A DNA stretch of 64,000 bases from Spirochaetaceae bacterium. Lineage in GTDB: Bacteria; Spirochaetota; Spirochaetia; DSM-2461. Under the pieces are notes generated by a model. The model was not told the DNA's origin and did no database searches. It saw nothing but the letters and a program-made list of their open reading frames with translations. A program made the position numbers and the translations under genes. Shown here piece by piece: positions 28,388 to 38,185 of this stretch (position 1 is its first letter; each line of letters starts with the position of its first letter). The stretch is from NCBI GenBank assembly GCA_051531975.1, contig JAOPTT010000016.1:1-64000 (forward strand), read 5' to 3'.

Positions 28388-29109
28388 AGTTTTTTTATCT
28401 AGTTTTTGTGTTTTTGCTCTTATCGTGTACCAATAGTGTTAATAAAGCGGTGATTTTTGATGAATACTATCATCTCAACTTAGAGATTGATATTGAAGAG
28501 GGTTGGCTCTTTAACAGAATAAAACTTACAGATGAAAATTTTGAAGTTCTTTTTAATTATGATGAAGTGATTGTGTCTCCTCTAATATATGCTTTCTATA
28601 AAAAAAAGTGGGAACAATTTAAAGGCATTGTTCATGTCCTTGAAGCTGATAAACAGAATATAGGAAAATCTCATATAAAAATATTTGTAAACAAAAATAG
28701 GTCTTATCAGGAACTCGTATCTCAAATAAATAATTATGACAGAATTTCTGTTATTATAGAAAACAGTTCAAAATACAGTAATAAAGATATCGATTATCTA
28801 AAAAAACAATTAATAGAAAAAAATCTAATTTTTTTAATAATTACTGAGCAGACTAATAAAAAAGTAATTGATAATTTTATTTCAAATAATTCAGAAACAG
28901 AATTATGGATAATAGATAGTTCGGAATTAGGGTTTTATACTTATGAGAAAATACAAGATGGTAAAATTGTTCTTGCTGACGCTGGGGATCTCTATCGAAT
29001 TAATTCTAATATAATATTTAGTTTTGAATTAGATGTCTCGAAAGAGATTTCTAAATATATAACAAGTCAAGTTGACTATGTCAGTTATAATTTAGAAGCT
29101 CATTTTTAA
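28384..29109 (+). CDS. Hypothetical lipoprotein
   Basis: Lipobox LLSC; ATGA overlap with upstream gene. Confidence 0.7.
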   Translation: MKFFYLVFVFLLLSCTNSVNKAVIFDEYYHLNLEIDIEEGWLFNRIKLTDENFEVLFNYDEVIVSPLIYAFYKKKWEQFKGIVHVLEADKQNIGKSHIKIFVNKNRSYQELVSQINNYDRISVIIENSSKYSNKDIDYLKKQLIEKNLIFLIITEQTNKKVIDNFISNNSETELWIIDSSELGFYTYEKIQDGKIVLADAGDLYRINSNIIFSFELDVSKEISKYITSQVDYVSYNLEAHF

Positions 29110-29289
29110 ATTAAACAATGTATAAAATATTTTTTGATACAATATAATAATTTATTTAAGCTCTAACATGTCATAGAAAATATTGAAATCTTAAAAAAAA
29201 TAATGCAAAATAATTGGAAATAATAGATTTTAATAAAAAAGTTATTTATTTTTAGCTCATATAAGACGATAAATAAAATGAGATTATGT

Positions 29290-29318
29290 TTGACAATAGA
29301 TTCCTAACGAAATATAAT
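29290..29318 (+). promoter_or_regulatory. Consensus sigma70 promoter of the flaA pair
   Basis: TTGACA-N17-TATAAT. Confidence 0.8.
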
Positions 29319-29359
29319 TTCAAGGAATAAACGTGTATTTACTAAGTAAGGAGTTCTAG

Positions 29360-30115
29360 ATGAGACAAAAAGGTCTGTGTTTATTGGTATTATTTATAAT
29401 TATGCCTATAACAGTCTTTGCTGATAGCTTAATAACTAAAGAAGCAATTGTAGTTGAAACATTCGATGGTGAAGGTTTAACTAATAATCAAGGTACAGGA
29501 AATCCAGTTATATGGAAAGTTAGAGGTAGCAAATTTTCAACAGAGGGATACCCTAAAAAAGCATTTGCTAATGCATTTCCTGAGGATCTGTTTGGTAAAA
29601 ACCCTGAGAATGCTGCAGATTTAAATAGTCTCGCTGTATTAGGAAGCTTTACAAGAAAAGGTTTTAATTATCTTGAAATGGTACCTGGAGAGGGTGAGGG
29701 TGAAGAGTGGAATGCTGAACCTTTAGTATTACCTGGAAAAATAGAGTATTTCGACTTATGGTTATGGGGATCTAATTATGATTATTCTCTTGAGTTGCAT
29801 ATAGTTGATTTCCAAGGAATAGTTCATGTTATTGAGATGGGTTCAATTAAACATATAGGCTGGAAACATATGTATGTTAAAATCCCTGCTCATATTAAGC
29901 AAACTAAACAATACTTACCTTTCTTTGAAGGTCTTAAGCTGACAAAGTTAGTTGTTAGAACTGATCCAAAGGAAAGAGTCGATCTTTTTTATCTTTATAT
30001 AGATCAATTAAAAGTATTAACAGATACTCATATATTTAATTTTGATGGTGAAGACTTAACTAATAAAGCTAAGATTGATGAAATATGGGGAGGATCTAGC
30101 GATGATCAAGAATAG
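29360..30115 (+). CDS. flaA: Flagellar filament sheath protein FlaA
   Basis: Signal peptide; GSKFSTEGYP, LWLWGSNYDY, GWK, YLYIDQLKVLTD. Confidence 0.9.
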   Translation: MRQKGLCLLVLFIIMPITVFADSLITKEAIVVETFDGEGLTNNQGTGNPVIWKVRGSKFSTEGYPKKAFANAFPEDLFGKNPENAADLNSLAVLGSFTRKGFNYLEMVPGEGEGEEWNAEPLVLPGKIEYFDLWLWGSNYDYSLELHIVDFQGIVHVIEMGSIKHIGWKHMYVKIPAHIKQTKQYLPFFEGLKLTKLVVRTDPKERVDLFYLYIDQLKVLTDTHIFNFDGEDLTNKAKIDEIWGGSSDDQE

Positions 30116-30821
30116 TAAAAAGATATTATTTATAGTAATTGCATTATTTATTTGCACATTGCATGGTTATACTGAAGAAGGAATTTCAGAACCAGATCCC
30201 GGTTTAATTGGAATCGAATCTGCCCAGCAGAGTCTAAGAGAAGTTTCCATCTCTAAATTTGAAGATGCAGCATTTTGGTATGCAAAAATAGGTGCTGATT
30301 CCGGTATTATTACTGTTAGAGATAAAAAAGGATCACCTACAGAAAAAGAAGCTATTGAAGGTGAAGAAGAAGCTGGAATTAGCGAAGACGATAATAACGT
30401 ACTAGGTGTCCGTGTTGACTTCTTTAAACGTGGTATGGTTGATTTTACTATTAATCCTATTAGACCATTACCAATAGAAGGTATTACTAAAACTGTATCT
30501 TTATGGGTTGTTGGTCGTAATACTAGACATACTTTAAAATTAATTATTAAAGATCATTTTGGAAATTATGCTGAATTAACTATGGGACAATTAAACTTTT
30601 CTGGTTGGAAGAAGATGGTAGTAGCTATCCCTACAAATATAGTTCAAAGAGATTACCACTATAATGATAAAATGGGAATTCAAATTATTGGGTTTAAAGT
30701 TGAGTGTGATTTAGAAGAAACTTATGGTCAATACTATCTATATTTTGATGATCTAAGAGCTGTAACAGATCTGTTTGCAGAACAAAATAGAGATGCAGAT
30801 GATGTCTCTGATGATTGGTAA
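30102..30821 (+). CDS. flaA: Flagellar filament sheath protein FlaA (second paralogue)
   Basis: Start at ATG 30102 after GGAGG; LWVVGRN, LNFSGWKK, YFDDLRAVTDLF. Confidence 0.9.
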   Translation: MIKNSKKILFIVIALFICTLHGYTEEGISEPDPGLIGIESAQQSLREVSISKFEDAAFWYAKIGADSGIITVRDKKGSPTEKEAIEGEEEAGISEDDNNVLGVRVDFFKRGMVDFTINPIRPLPIEGITKTVSLWVVGRNTRHTLKLIIKDHFGNYAELTMGQLNFSGWKKMVVAIPTNIVQRDYHYNDKMGIQIIGFKVECDLEETYGQYYLYFDDLRAVTDLFAEQNRDADDVSDDW

Positions 30822-30835
30822 ACATTCTATTTATT

Positions 30836-30874
30836 AAAAAAATTGGTCCTGATAATAATCAGGACTTTTTTTTT
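30836..30874. terminator. Bidirectional intrinsic terminator
   Basis: A-run, GTCCTGAT-AATA-ATCAGGAC, T9; between convergent genes. Confidence 0.85.
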
Positions 30875-31715
30875 ATTTAGATATTATCTCATTACAAAAT
30901 TTATAATAATGACTTTCTTTTGTTTTAGTTTCAAAGTTATGAATATATTCTTCGATTTGATAAGGTCTAATATTTGAACGTGATTGGTAAATTAAAAATA
31001 AGTTTTCTAAATCTTTATCATATTTTGAATCTGTTATTTTAATACTAATTAATTTAGACAAAGATACGATATCTAAAATATTTTGAAAAATCGAATGTGT
31101 ATTAGTATTCATATATTTTCCAACAACTTCAATATGAACTTTAGGAAAGTCCCAAGATTTTAATAAATCAGATGCTACCTCATGATTATCTAAACCAAAT
31201 TGGTCTACTTCTAATGCAGATAATTTACTTTTATATTGTTGATTAGTATATATAGAACTGTATTTATCATTTGAGAAATTATATAATAATGCTTGTCCTA
31301 TATTATGGAGTATTCCAGCTGTAAATAGATCATCAGCAATAACGGATTTCCCCATGTCATTCGCAATTGCTTGAGCTATAAAAGCTGTATTTAATGATTC
31401 TCTCCAATAATCACTATAAAATTGATCATTTTGATTATTTATAATTTCAGAATTTATAATTAATAAGCATATTGCTTTAAGCTTGTTAATTCCTAGTAAT
31501 GTAATACAATCCTTAATAGTTGTTATTTCATTTACTCTTGTATAATAAGAAGAGTTTGAAACCTTTAATAACCTAGTAGTTAAGCATGGATCAATTTTTA
31601 TTATATCTTCTAGTGTTTTGGATGATAAATTATTATTTTGCATTCCAAGTATTTGAGACACTACTGTCGGGTTAACTGGAAGATCAAATATATATTTATT
31701 ATATAGTCCTATCAT
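30873..31715 (-). CDS. HDOD domain protein
   Basis: LPVNP, DPCLTTRLLKVSNSSYY, FTAGILHNIG, WDFP. Confidence 0.88.
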   Translation of the reverse strand: MIGLYNKYIFDLPVNPTVVSQILGMQNNNLSSKTLEDIIKIDPCLTTRLLKVSNSSYYTRVNEITTIKDCITLLGINKLKAICLLIINSEIINNQNDQFYSDYWRESLNTAFIAQAIANDMGKSVIADDLFTAGILHNIGQALLYNFSNDKYSSIYTNQQYKSKLSALEVDQFGLDNHEVASDLLKSWDFPKVHIEVVGKYMNTNTHSIFQNILDIVSLSKLISIKITDSKYDKDLENLFLIYQSRSNIRPYQIEEYIHNFETKTKESHYYKFCNEIISK

Positions 31716-32524
31716 GTACTTTCCTTTATTTTAAAAACTTCTCTTATATTTATATCTAGCTGACTCTTTAACGTATCAATACTAATACCGATACTTTGAG
31801 CAATAAAATTATACGTATGCACTATATTACATTGTGTATTTAATTTACCTCTTAACGGTTGTGGTGATAAGTATGGTGAATCTGTTTCAATTAACAACTT
31901 GTTTAAAGGTATATTGTTTATGCATTCTAACAAATTTGAATTATTCTTATAAGTTATATTTCCAGCAAAAGAAATATAAAAACCTAATTTTAGAAATTCG
32001 TCCATAAACTCAATGGTGGAACTAAAACAATGAATTATACCCGAAAGTTTGCCTTTATATTGTTTTAGAATATTTAATAAGTCATCAGAAGAATCTCTGT
32101 TGTGGATAATTATTGGTTTTCCACATTTTATTGCTAATTCTATATGCTGAATGAAAAATTCTTTTTGAATTTCTTTTTTAGTGTGTTCCCGGTAATAGTC
32201 TAATCCTGTTTCTCCAATTGCTACAATTTTAGGATTATCTAATTGATCTTCAATTTTTTTCATTCTTAAAGCTGTATCTCCAACAGCATAATTGGGATGA
32301 ATTCCAACGGTATGCAAGATATAAGAGTTTTCTTTAGAATAGTTAAGTCTCTCATTTAGATGATTTTCATCAATTCCAACGTCAATTAAATATTTACCAC
32401 TTTTATCGTGCCAATTTTTTATAGTTTGTGATACATCTATGTTTTTTTTCTTCATTTCTAATATGTGAAAATGTGAATCACTTAATAGGTCAAAATCTTG
32501 ATTAATCATTCCTAATATAAACAT
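31712..32524 (-). CDS. tatD: TatD family nuclease
   Basis: DSHFH, GIHP, IGETGLDYY, IIHNR, IHCFS, ETDSPYL. Confidence 0.93.
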   Translation of the reverse strand: MFILGMINQDFDLLSDSHFHILEMKKKNIDVSQTIKNWHDKSGKYLIDVGIDENHLNERLNYSKENSYILHTVGIHPNYAVGDTALRMKKIEDQLDNPKIVAIGETGLDYYREHTKKEIQKEFFIQHIELAIKCGKPIIIHNRDSSDDLLNILKQYKGKLSGIIHCFSSTIEFMDEFLKLGFYISFAGNITYKNNSNLLECINNIPLNKLLIETDSPYLSPQPLRGKLNTQCNIVHTYNFIAQSIGISIDTLKSQLDINIREVFKIKEST

Positions 32525-32622
32525 ATTTTAATATAAAAAAAAAGTGGAGGTTATAAATATTTATTATTTCTATGAACACTATTGACCATATTCATCTGTT
32601 TATATAATATTGCAATTGTTCC

Positions 32623-32706
32623 GCCGAAGTGGTGAAATTGGTAGACACAAGGGATTTAAAATCCCTCGGGCCTCGGCCTGTACCGGTTCAAGTCCGGTCT
32701 TCGGTA
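32623..32706 (+). tRNA. tRNA-Leu(UAA)
   Basis: Acceptor GCCGAAG/CTTCGGT-A; anticodon arm AGGGA-TTTAAAA-TCCCT; long variable arm; GGTTCAAGTCC; CCA not encoded. Confidence 0.97.
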
Positions 32707-32707
32707 T

Positions 32708-32733
32708 AAGCAACTCAATTGAGTTGCTTTTTT
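32708..32733 (+). terminator. Intrinsic terminator after tRNA copy 1
   Basis: AAGCAACTC-AATT-GAGTTGCTT followed by T-run. Confidence 0.85.
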
Positions 32734-32782
32734 CTTGCCTATTGACCATTTTTAGGCATTTATGTAACATTTAAATAATTCT

Positions 32783-32866
32783 GCCGAAGTGGTGAAATTG
32801 GTAGACACAAGGGATTTAAAATCCCTCGGGCTTCGGCCTGTACCGGTTCAAGTCCGGTCTTCGGTA
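32783..32866 (+). tRNA. tRNA-Leu(UAA), second copy
   Basis: Identical to copy 1 except one C/T change in the variable arm. Confidence 0.97.
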
Positions 32867-32867
32867 T

Positions 32868-32894
32868 AAAGCAACTCTTTTGAGTTGCTTTTTT
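32868..32894 (+). terminator. Intrinsic terminator after tRNA copy 2
   Basis: AAAGCAACTC-TTTT-GAGTTGCTTT followed by T-run. Confidence 0.85.
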
Positions 32895-32978
32895 GTTTTA
32901 TAATTGATTTTCATTGCACAAGCTTTAGTTAATATATCAAAATACCGACATATAAACAAAAGGCTTAAAGGGTATTTT

Positions 32979-33740
32979 GTGAAACGTAATGTTTTTGTGT
33001 GTATATTTTTAATATTTATTTCCAATTATATATTCTCTGATATTGTTCATACATTAAAAGAGGGTGAAACTATATATGGTTTAAGTAAAAAATATGATAT
33101 TGCAGTAAAAGAGATAATTAAAAAAAATAATATTTATGATATCAATGCATTAATTGTTGGTACTGAATTATTTATTCCACAAATTGATCTCATAGATAAA
33201 TTTTATACTGTAAAGAAAGGTGATACTTTATACAGCATCTCTCAAAAAAATAATATTCCACTTTCAGTATTTATGGAGTATAATGGATTAATTAGGAATG
33301 ATTATATTTCTTTGGGGCAGATTTTAAAATTACCTAAAAAATATGGGACTAATAAAAAAGAGATAATAATTCCTAAAAGTCCTGAGATAACTGGTACTTC
33401 AATTCCTTATTGGCCATTAGAAGGTAATATCAGTAATTATTCAGGTAGAATACGTGGTGTACAAATTGATGGCAAATCGGGAGATTTTATTCAAGCTGTG
33501 TCATCTGGTAAAGTTATATGGTATGATTCATATAAAGGTATTGGGAAAGTTGTTTTGATTGAAGGTGAGAATGGTTATGATTACCTTTATGGGACGAAAG
33601 AAGATTTTAATGTTAGTATGGGAATCCAGGTACTTGCTGGTGAAAGGTTAGGGAGGTTAAAAGAAAGCAATACGAGTATTATTTTTTCAATTTTTAAAAA
33701 TGGGAAACCTTTGAATGATTTATCAAAGGCGCCAAGATAA
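32979..33740 (+). CDS. LysM x2 + degenerate M23 domain protein (NlpD-like)
   Basis: Signal peptide from GTG 32979; HTLKEGETIYGLSKKY and YTVKKGDTLYSIS LysM repeats; WPLEG...AVSSGKV M23 fold. Confidence 0.85.
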   Translation: MKRNVFVCIFLIFISNYIFSDIVHTLKEGETIYGLSKKYDIAVKEIIKKNNIYDINALIVGTELFIPQIDLIDKFYTVKKGDTLYSISQKNNIPLSVFMEYNGLIRNDYISLGQILKLPKKYGTNKKEIIIPKSPEITGTSIPYWPLEGNISNYSGRIRGVQIDGKSGDFIQAVSSGKVIWYDSYKGIGKVVLIEGENGYDYLYGTKEDFNVSMGIQVLAGERLGRLKESNTSIIFSIFKNGKPLNDLSKAPR

Positions 33741-33796
33741 TCAGTTAATACTGATAATATATTTATTATTAAATTTAAAAATAAAAAAGGGTTATT

Positions 33797-34756
33797 ATGA
33801 CAAAAAGAAAAACTATGAAGAGTGAAGTAGCACAAAATTTCGAGCCTGATTCTTTGGCAATATACTTAAAGAACGTATCTAAATACAAATTATTAAGTGT
33901 TGATGATGAGATAGAATTAAGTGAACGAATGGAATATATAAAGAAACAATTAAATCAGTTAGATGAGATGTTAGATAATGAAGAGCTCTCTTTCAAAGAT
34001 CATTATGATAGAAAGAAAATTTACGAACAAGAATTAGCTGCAATTAAAGAAAAAATGATACAAGCAAATTTAAGATTAGTAGTTTCTATTGCAAAAAAAT
34101 ATCAGCATAGAGGTCTTTCTCTGCTTGATTTAATAAATGAAGGAAATATTGGTCTGATTGAAGCCGTAGAGCGGTTTGATTATACAAAAGGGTGTAGATT
34201 CTCTACTTATGGTACTTGGTGGATCAGGCAAGCTGTTATCAAGTCTATAGCAGATAAAGGTCGAGTTATTCGAATCCCTATTCATATGTTAAATACTATA
34301 AAAAAATGTTATTTTGTTACAAAACATTTAACCCAAGAGTTTCAAAGAGATCCAACACCGGAAGAAATTAGTGATTATTTAAATATTTCACCTGAAAAAG
34401 TTAAGGAAATTTTAAGTTTATCTCAAGAAACTGCTTCTTTGGATTCTACAGTTGATGATGATAATGCAACAAAGTTGTCTGATCTTATTAGAGATACAAA
34501 TACTTCAGAACCATTTGAAGCTGTGTATAAAAGTACATTAAAAGAAAGAATTAATCAGGTATTAGATGAACTTTCTGATCGTGAGAAAAAAATTATTCAG
34601 CTTAGATTTGGTTTAAGCGGAGAAGAAGCTTTAACCCTTGAAGAGACTGGACATATTATGGGTATAACAAGAGAAAGAGTTAGACAAATACAAGAAAAAG
34701 CAAAAAGCAAATTACGACATTTGAAAGTTATTAAGGATTTTGAAGAGCTACGTTAG
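33797..34756 (+). CDS. Sigma70-family sigma factor lacking region 1.1 (RpoS/group-2-like)
   Basis: [41 protein letters not shown]; 319 aa. Confidence 0.9.
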   Translation: MTKRKTMKSEVAQNFEPDSLAIYLKNVSKYKLLSVDDEIELSERMEYIKKQLNQLDEMLDNEELSFKDHYDRKKIYEQELAAIKEKMIQANLRLVVSIAKKYQHRGLSLLDLINEGNIGLIEAVERFDYTKGCRFSTYGTWWIRQAVIKSIADKGRVIRIPIHMLNTIKKCYFVTKHLTQEFQRDPTPEEISDYLNISPEKVKEILSLSQETASLDSTVDDDNATKLSDLIRDTNTSEPFEAVYKSTLKERINQVLDELSDREKKIIQLRFGLSGEEALTLEETGHIMGITRERVRQIQEKAKSKLRHLKVIKDFEELR

Positions 34757-34763
34757 GATTATT

Positions 34764-35591
34764 ATGAAATTTTTAGTATTATTATTTTTATTTGTTATTT
34801 CTCTATCTTGCCAGTCAAATCTAACATATTCTGGTACTACAGGTTCAAGATATGGAATAGATCCATTTCCAACGATGAAAGAGTGGGTTGAATATACAAA
34901 CAATGTCAACATTACTAATAAATCCAAAGATTCAATTCTTTGGATTGTTGGTTCTTATATCCCAGATGGTGTCAAAATGAGCTTTGAGGGTAAAGACTCC
35001 TCATCAAAAAATATCTATTTTAGTGAATTTGATTTTAACGAAAAATATCTTTCATATTTTGATGATTCTAAAATTGATGTTTTTTTGCTTTTAGAACCTG
35101 GTAAATCTTTAATTCCTTCGTCTATAAGCTATATATTAGAAAAATATAAGTCTCATAAATCAATTGTTGGTATTTGCATAGATCTAGAATGGTTAGATCC
35201 TAATAATGAATATATGATTACTAAGAGTAATATTGAAAAATGGATCGAAGTTATTAAAACCTTTGACCCCAAATATAAATTAATTCTTAAGCACTGGAAT
35301 ACAAATAATATCGAACACTATTTCAATGAAGATATTATATATGTTCAAAGTATGGAAGGAATTAACAATGAACAAGAATTAAGAAATAGACATGCTTTAT
35401 GGTCAAGAAAATTTTATCCATCGCCAATAGGATTTGAATTTGGGTTTATCGAAGACAAGGAATATTGGTCGAGATATGATAATCCTATTACAGATATATA
35501 TAACTTATTAATTGGAGAAAATACAACTGGTGAGTTTTCTTATTTTTGGAACGAATCTTCTCTATTAGATGTAACTACTGGTAATAATTAA
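34764..35591 (+). CDS. Hypothetical lipoprotein, possible TIM-barrel/glycoside-hydrolase-like fold
   Basis: Lipobox SLSC from ATG 34764; VFLLLEPG and GICIDLEW strand-acid motifs. Confidence 0.6.
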   Translation: MKFLVLLFLFVISLSCQSNLTYSGTTGSRYGIDPFPTMKEWVEYTNNVNITNKSKDSILWIVGSYIPDGVKMSFEGKDSSSKNIYFSEFDFNEKYLSYFDDSKIDVFLLLEPGKSLIPSSISYILEKYKSHKSIVGICIDLEWLDPNNEYMITKSNIEKWIEVIKTFDPKYKLILKHWNTNNIEHYFNEDIIYVQSMEGINNEQELRNRHALWSRKFYPSPIGFEFGFIEDKEYWSRYDNPITDIYNLLIGENTTGEFSYFWNESSLLDVTTGNN

Positions 35592-35965
35592 AGATATTTT
35601 AATAAAAGATTGTCAGAATCTGCGAATTGATCATTTAAACTTTTTATCTCATCTAATTTAAACCATCTGAATTCATCATGTTCGTTGTTATGTATATCAT
35701 CACTTAAAAGTTCAATATTATAGGCATAGAGTTGGAAGTTATGGTCAATTGATCTGAATTCTTGAGTAATTATTAATTCATTAACTTGTATTTCTACTCC
35801 TAATTCTTCGAGGAACTCTCTTTTTAGAGCATCCTCGAGGCTCTCATTGTTTTTTACTTTACCACCAGGGAATTCCCATTTTCCACCAATGGAACCACCC
35901 GGTTTTCTTTTACCTAGAAGGTATTGATTCTTTTTTTTAATTATACCCGCGACAGACTTATACAT
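35588..35965 (-). CDS. NUDIX hydrolase (MutT-like)
   Basis: WEFPGGKV...ALKREFLEELG Nudix box. Confidence 0.92.
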   Translation of the reverse strand: MYKSVAGIIKKKNQYLLGKRKPGGSIGGKWEFPGGKVKNNESLEDALKREFLEELGVEIQVNELIITQEFRSIDHNFQLYAYNIELLSDDIHNNEHDEFRWFKLDEIKSLNDQFADSDNLLLKYL

Positions 35966-36375
35966 TATAATAATTCAACTGAAGGTGCGATAAAATGCAC
36001 TAGTGCAATTGAAATAGAAATAAATCCTAGTAATACTCTATTTTTTAAGAATATGTTTTTTATGAATAAAATTATTACAGATTCATTATCTTCCTCTTGG
36101 GAAATGTATTCGATAAAAAGCGTTATTCCTGAAATAATTGCAATTATAGCCGGAATAAAGTCACCTAAAATTATCATATTTCCTTCGAATCTTAAAAATA
36201 AAGCCAATAAACCAACAATTGAACCAATACACCCAATAGTTACTTGTAGAAGTTCAGAAGAGAATAATTGTTCAATTCCAGAAAAACTTTCAAATTTTTC
36301 ACTTAAGAAATTTTTTGCTAAGATTATACCCATTATTAAATTGCATAATACCAATAGAAAATAGATTTGTACCAC
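35965..36375 (-). CDS. Hypothetical 4-TM membrane protein
   Basis: Four hydrophobic segments; ILGDFIPA; GTG start with AGGAG. Confidence 0.75.
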   Translation of the reverse strand: MVQIYFLLVLCNLIMGIILAKNFLSEKFESFSGIEQLFSSELLQVTIGCIGSIVGLLALFLRFEGNMIILGDFIPAIIAIISGITLFIEYISQEEDNESVIILFIKNIFLKNRVLLGFISISIALVHFIAPSVELL

Positions 36376-36390
36376 TTTTTTACTCCTGTA

Positions 36391-36894
36391 TCAGCGTTCT
36401 ACCAATACTTTATACTCTTTTATATATTTTCCAGAAGAAAGATTCAAATGTAAATACTTAATACTCTTATCTTCATCAAATTTAAATGTTATAAACTCAT
36501 CTTTACCTTTCTCCGAAGGCAAAAGATAATCAACTTCATCAATTTTAATATTTTCTTTAAGAATAACAACTTTAAGTGAATCTGTCGCTATTCTTTTATT
36601 AATCTTTTTAAATAGTTTGGTTATTTTTAAAGAAACTAGTATTTTATCTTCAAAAACAATGGCCTTACTCTCTACTTTGTAATCATCAAAACGTACATCT
36701 TTAGTTATTCTAACAAAAAAGGGAATTACTATTACTGCAAACAATAAAATAACAACTAAATCTATTAGTAAAATTCTAAGTTGTGGGTTTTTATTAAAAA
36801 ATCCAATTTTTTTTCTTTGCTCATAAGCAAGCTTTGTTCCAGCTGAAGCTGATTTTAAACGTTCTTCTCTACTTGAATAAAAATCAAATTCCAT
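36391..36894 (-). CDS. Hypothetical single-pass membrane protein
   Basis: FYSSREERL N-terminus, one TM helix; in operon run. Confidence 0.7.
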   Translation of the reverse strand: MEFDFYSSREERLKSASAGTKLAYEQRKKIGFFNKNPQLRILLIDLVVILLFAVIVIPFFVRITKDVRFDDYKVESKAIVFEDKILVSLKITKLFKKINKRIATDSLKVVILKENIKIDEVDYLLPSEKGKDEFITFKFDEDKSIKYLHLNLSSGKYIKEYKVLVER

Positions 36895-38127
36895 CTATTT
36901 TGAGTCCTCTAAAATAATTTTGTCAGTACGCCACATACTTACTCCTCCGGCATATTCAGTACATAATAGTCCTGTTAGTATACCATCTGGAAAAGTTGTA
37001 TAAAAACTACTAAAAATTATATTTGTATTATCAATTTGTAGATCATACTCTCCAATTATATACCCATTTTCATTTGTTATTGTTAAAAATTGTGATAATC
37101 CATCTAGGCTTTGAGATATAAAAAACAGGTATTTACCTTTTACGATATCTAATAATACATAATGTTTAGATGAAGATTCATTATCTTTTTTAGTATCAGG
37201 TATGTCCATCCAAGAGATGTAACTTTTAGTAAGTAGATCAAAATAAAAGACTCTAGACTTAATTGATTCCAGTGAAATTGTAGCCCCAGTTTTATCGTCA
37301 AATATTTTTCTATAGAATGTTAACTCTACTAATACCCTATCTTTTTCTCTATCGGGAATTATATTATTTATTTGAGTGATTATATCAGATTCATTTTCCA
37401 ATTTTGGTAAATAATCTAACTCTATTATATTTTTATCTATAATATCTCCATCTTCTGTAAATCTGTATATACTCCAAAAAAAAGTAGTTTGTGTTATCAC
37501 AATTAGCTCATTGTTTTTATTTGTATAAATATTATTGATAAAGGGAAATGGAGTACCATTTATACCATTTTGACCAATATAGCCAATATATTCTCCATCT
37601 AAATTGAAGTATGAGATTATTTTTTCATTTAAAATATGTTTTTCATCATCACTTTTATCTGAAGTTAAATCTCTAGTTTTATCTATATATTCTTCACTTT
37701 TATTTGAATCATAAGTTACTGTATCCTCAATGAATATGTGATTTTGTGTCGCAGCTATAACACCAGGTTTATTAAATTCCCAAGGTATACTATCTGTAAA
37801 TTGGGTTTCTGAATTATCTTCTGAGGATATTTTTTTTAATAGATCTCCATAGGAACTGAACTTCATAATTTTTTTGCCATTACCGTTAGAGATAAGAAAT
37901 ATTCCATTAGACATATATATATCACTTTCTAATGAAAATGAGATTCCTTCCCTAGAAAAAAAATCCAATTCATTATCCATATTACCTATTGGTAGAGTAA
38001 ATTTATCTTCTTTTTCTAATAAACTTGTATTCACTTCTTTATCACATGAGATAAAAGTTAAATTTATTAAAAAAATGACACAAAATCTTAATATAATTTT
38101 TTTTATATACATATTAAAAAGGTACAC
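36895..38127 (-). CDS. Spirochaete lipoprotein (LIC_12708-like, beta-propeller-like)
   Basis: Lipobox FISC; KIMKFSSYGDLL, YIGQNGINGTPFP; divergent from secA. Confidence 0.7.
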   Translation of the reverse strand: MYLFNMYIKKIILRFCVIFLINLTFISCDKEVNTSLLEKEDKFTLPIGNMDNELDFFSREGISFSLESDIYMSNGIFLISNGNGKKIMKFSSYGDLLKKISSEDNSETQFTDSIPWEFNKPGVIAATQNHIFIEDTVTYDSNKSEEYIDKTRDLTSDKSDDEKHILNEKIISYFNLDGEYIGYIGQNGINGTPFPFINNIYTNKNNELIVITQTTFFWSIYRFTEDGDIIDKNIIELDYLPKLENESDIITQINNIIPDREKDRVLVELTFYRKIFDDKTGATISLESIKSRVFYFDLLTKSYISWMDIPDTKKDNESSSKHYVLLDIVKGKYLFFISQSLDGLSQFLTITNENGYIIGEYDLQIDNTNIIFSSFYTTFPDGILTGLLCTEYAGGVSMWRTDKIILEDSK

Positions 38128-38185
38128 AACAGTTATCTATCGTGTCAACTTGACCACATAAAAAAAAGGAGGTACATTTTATTAT

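Noticed and set aside
32816..33025. 69-aa minus-strand ORF
   Set aside because: Antisense to tRNA-Leu, its terminator and the LysM gene start.
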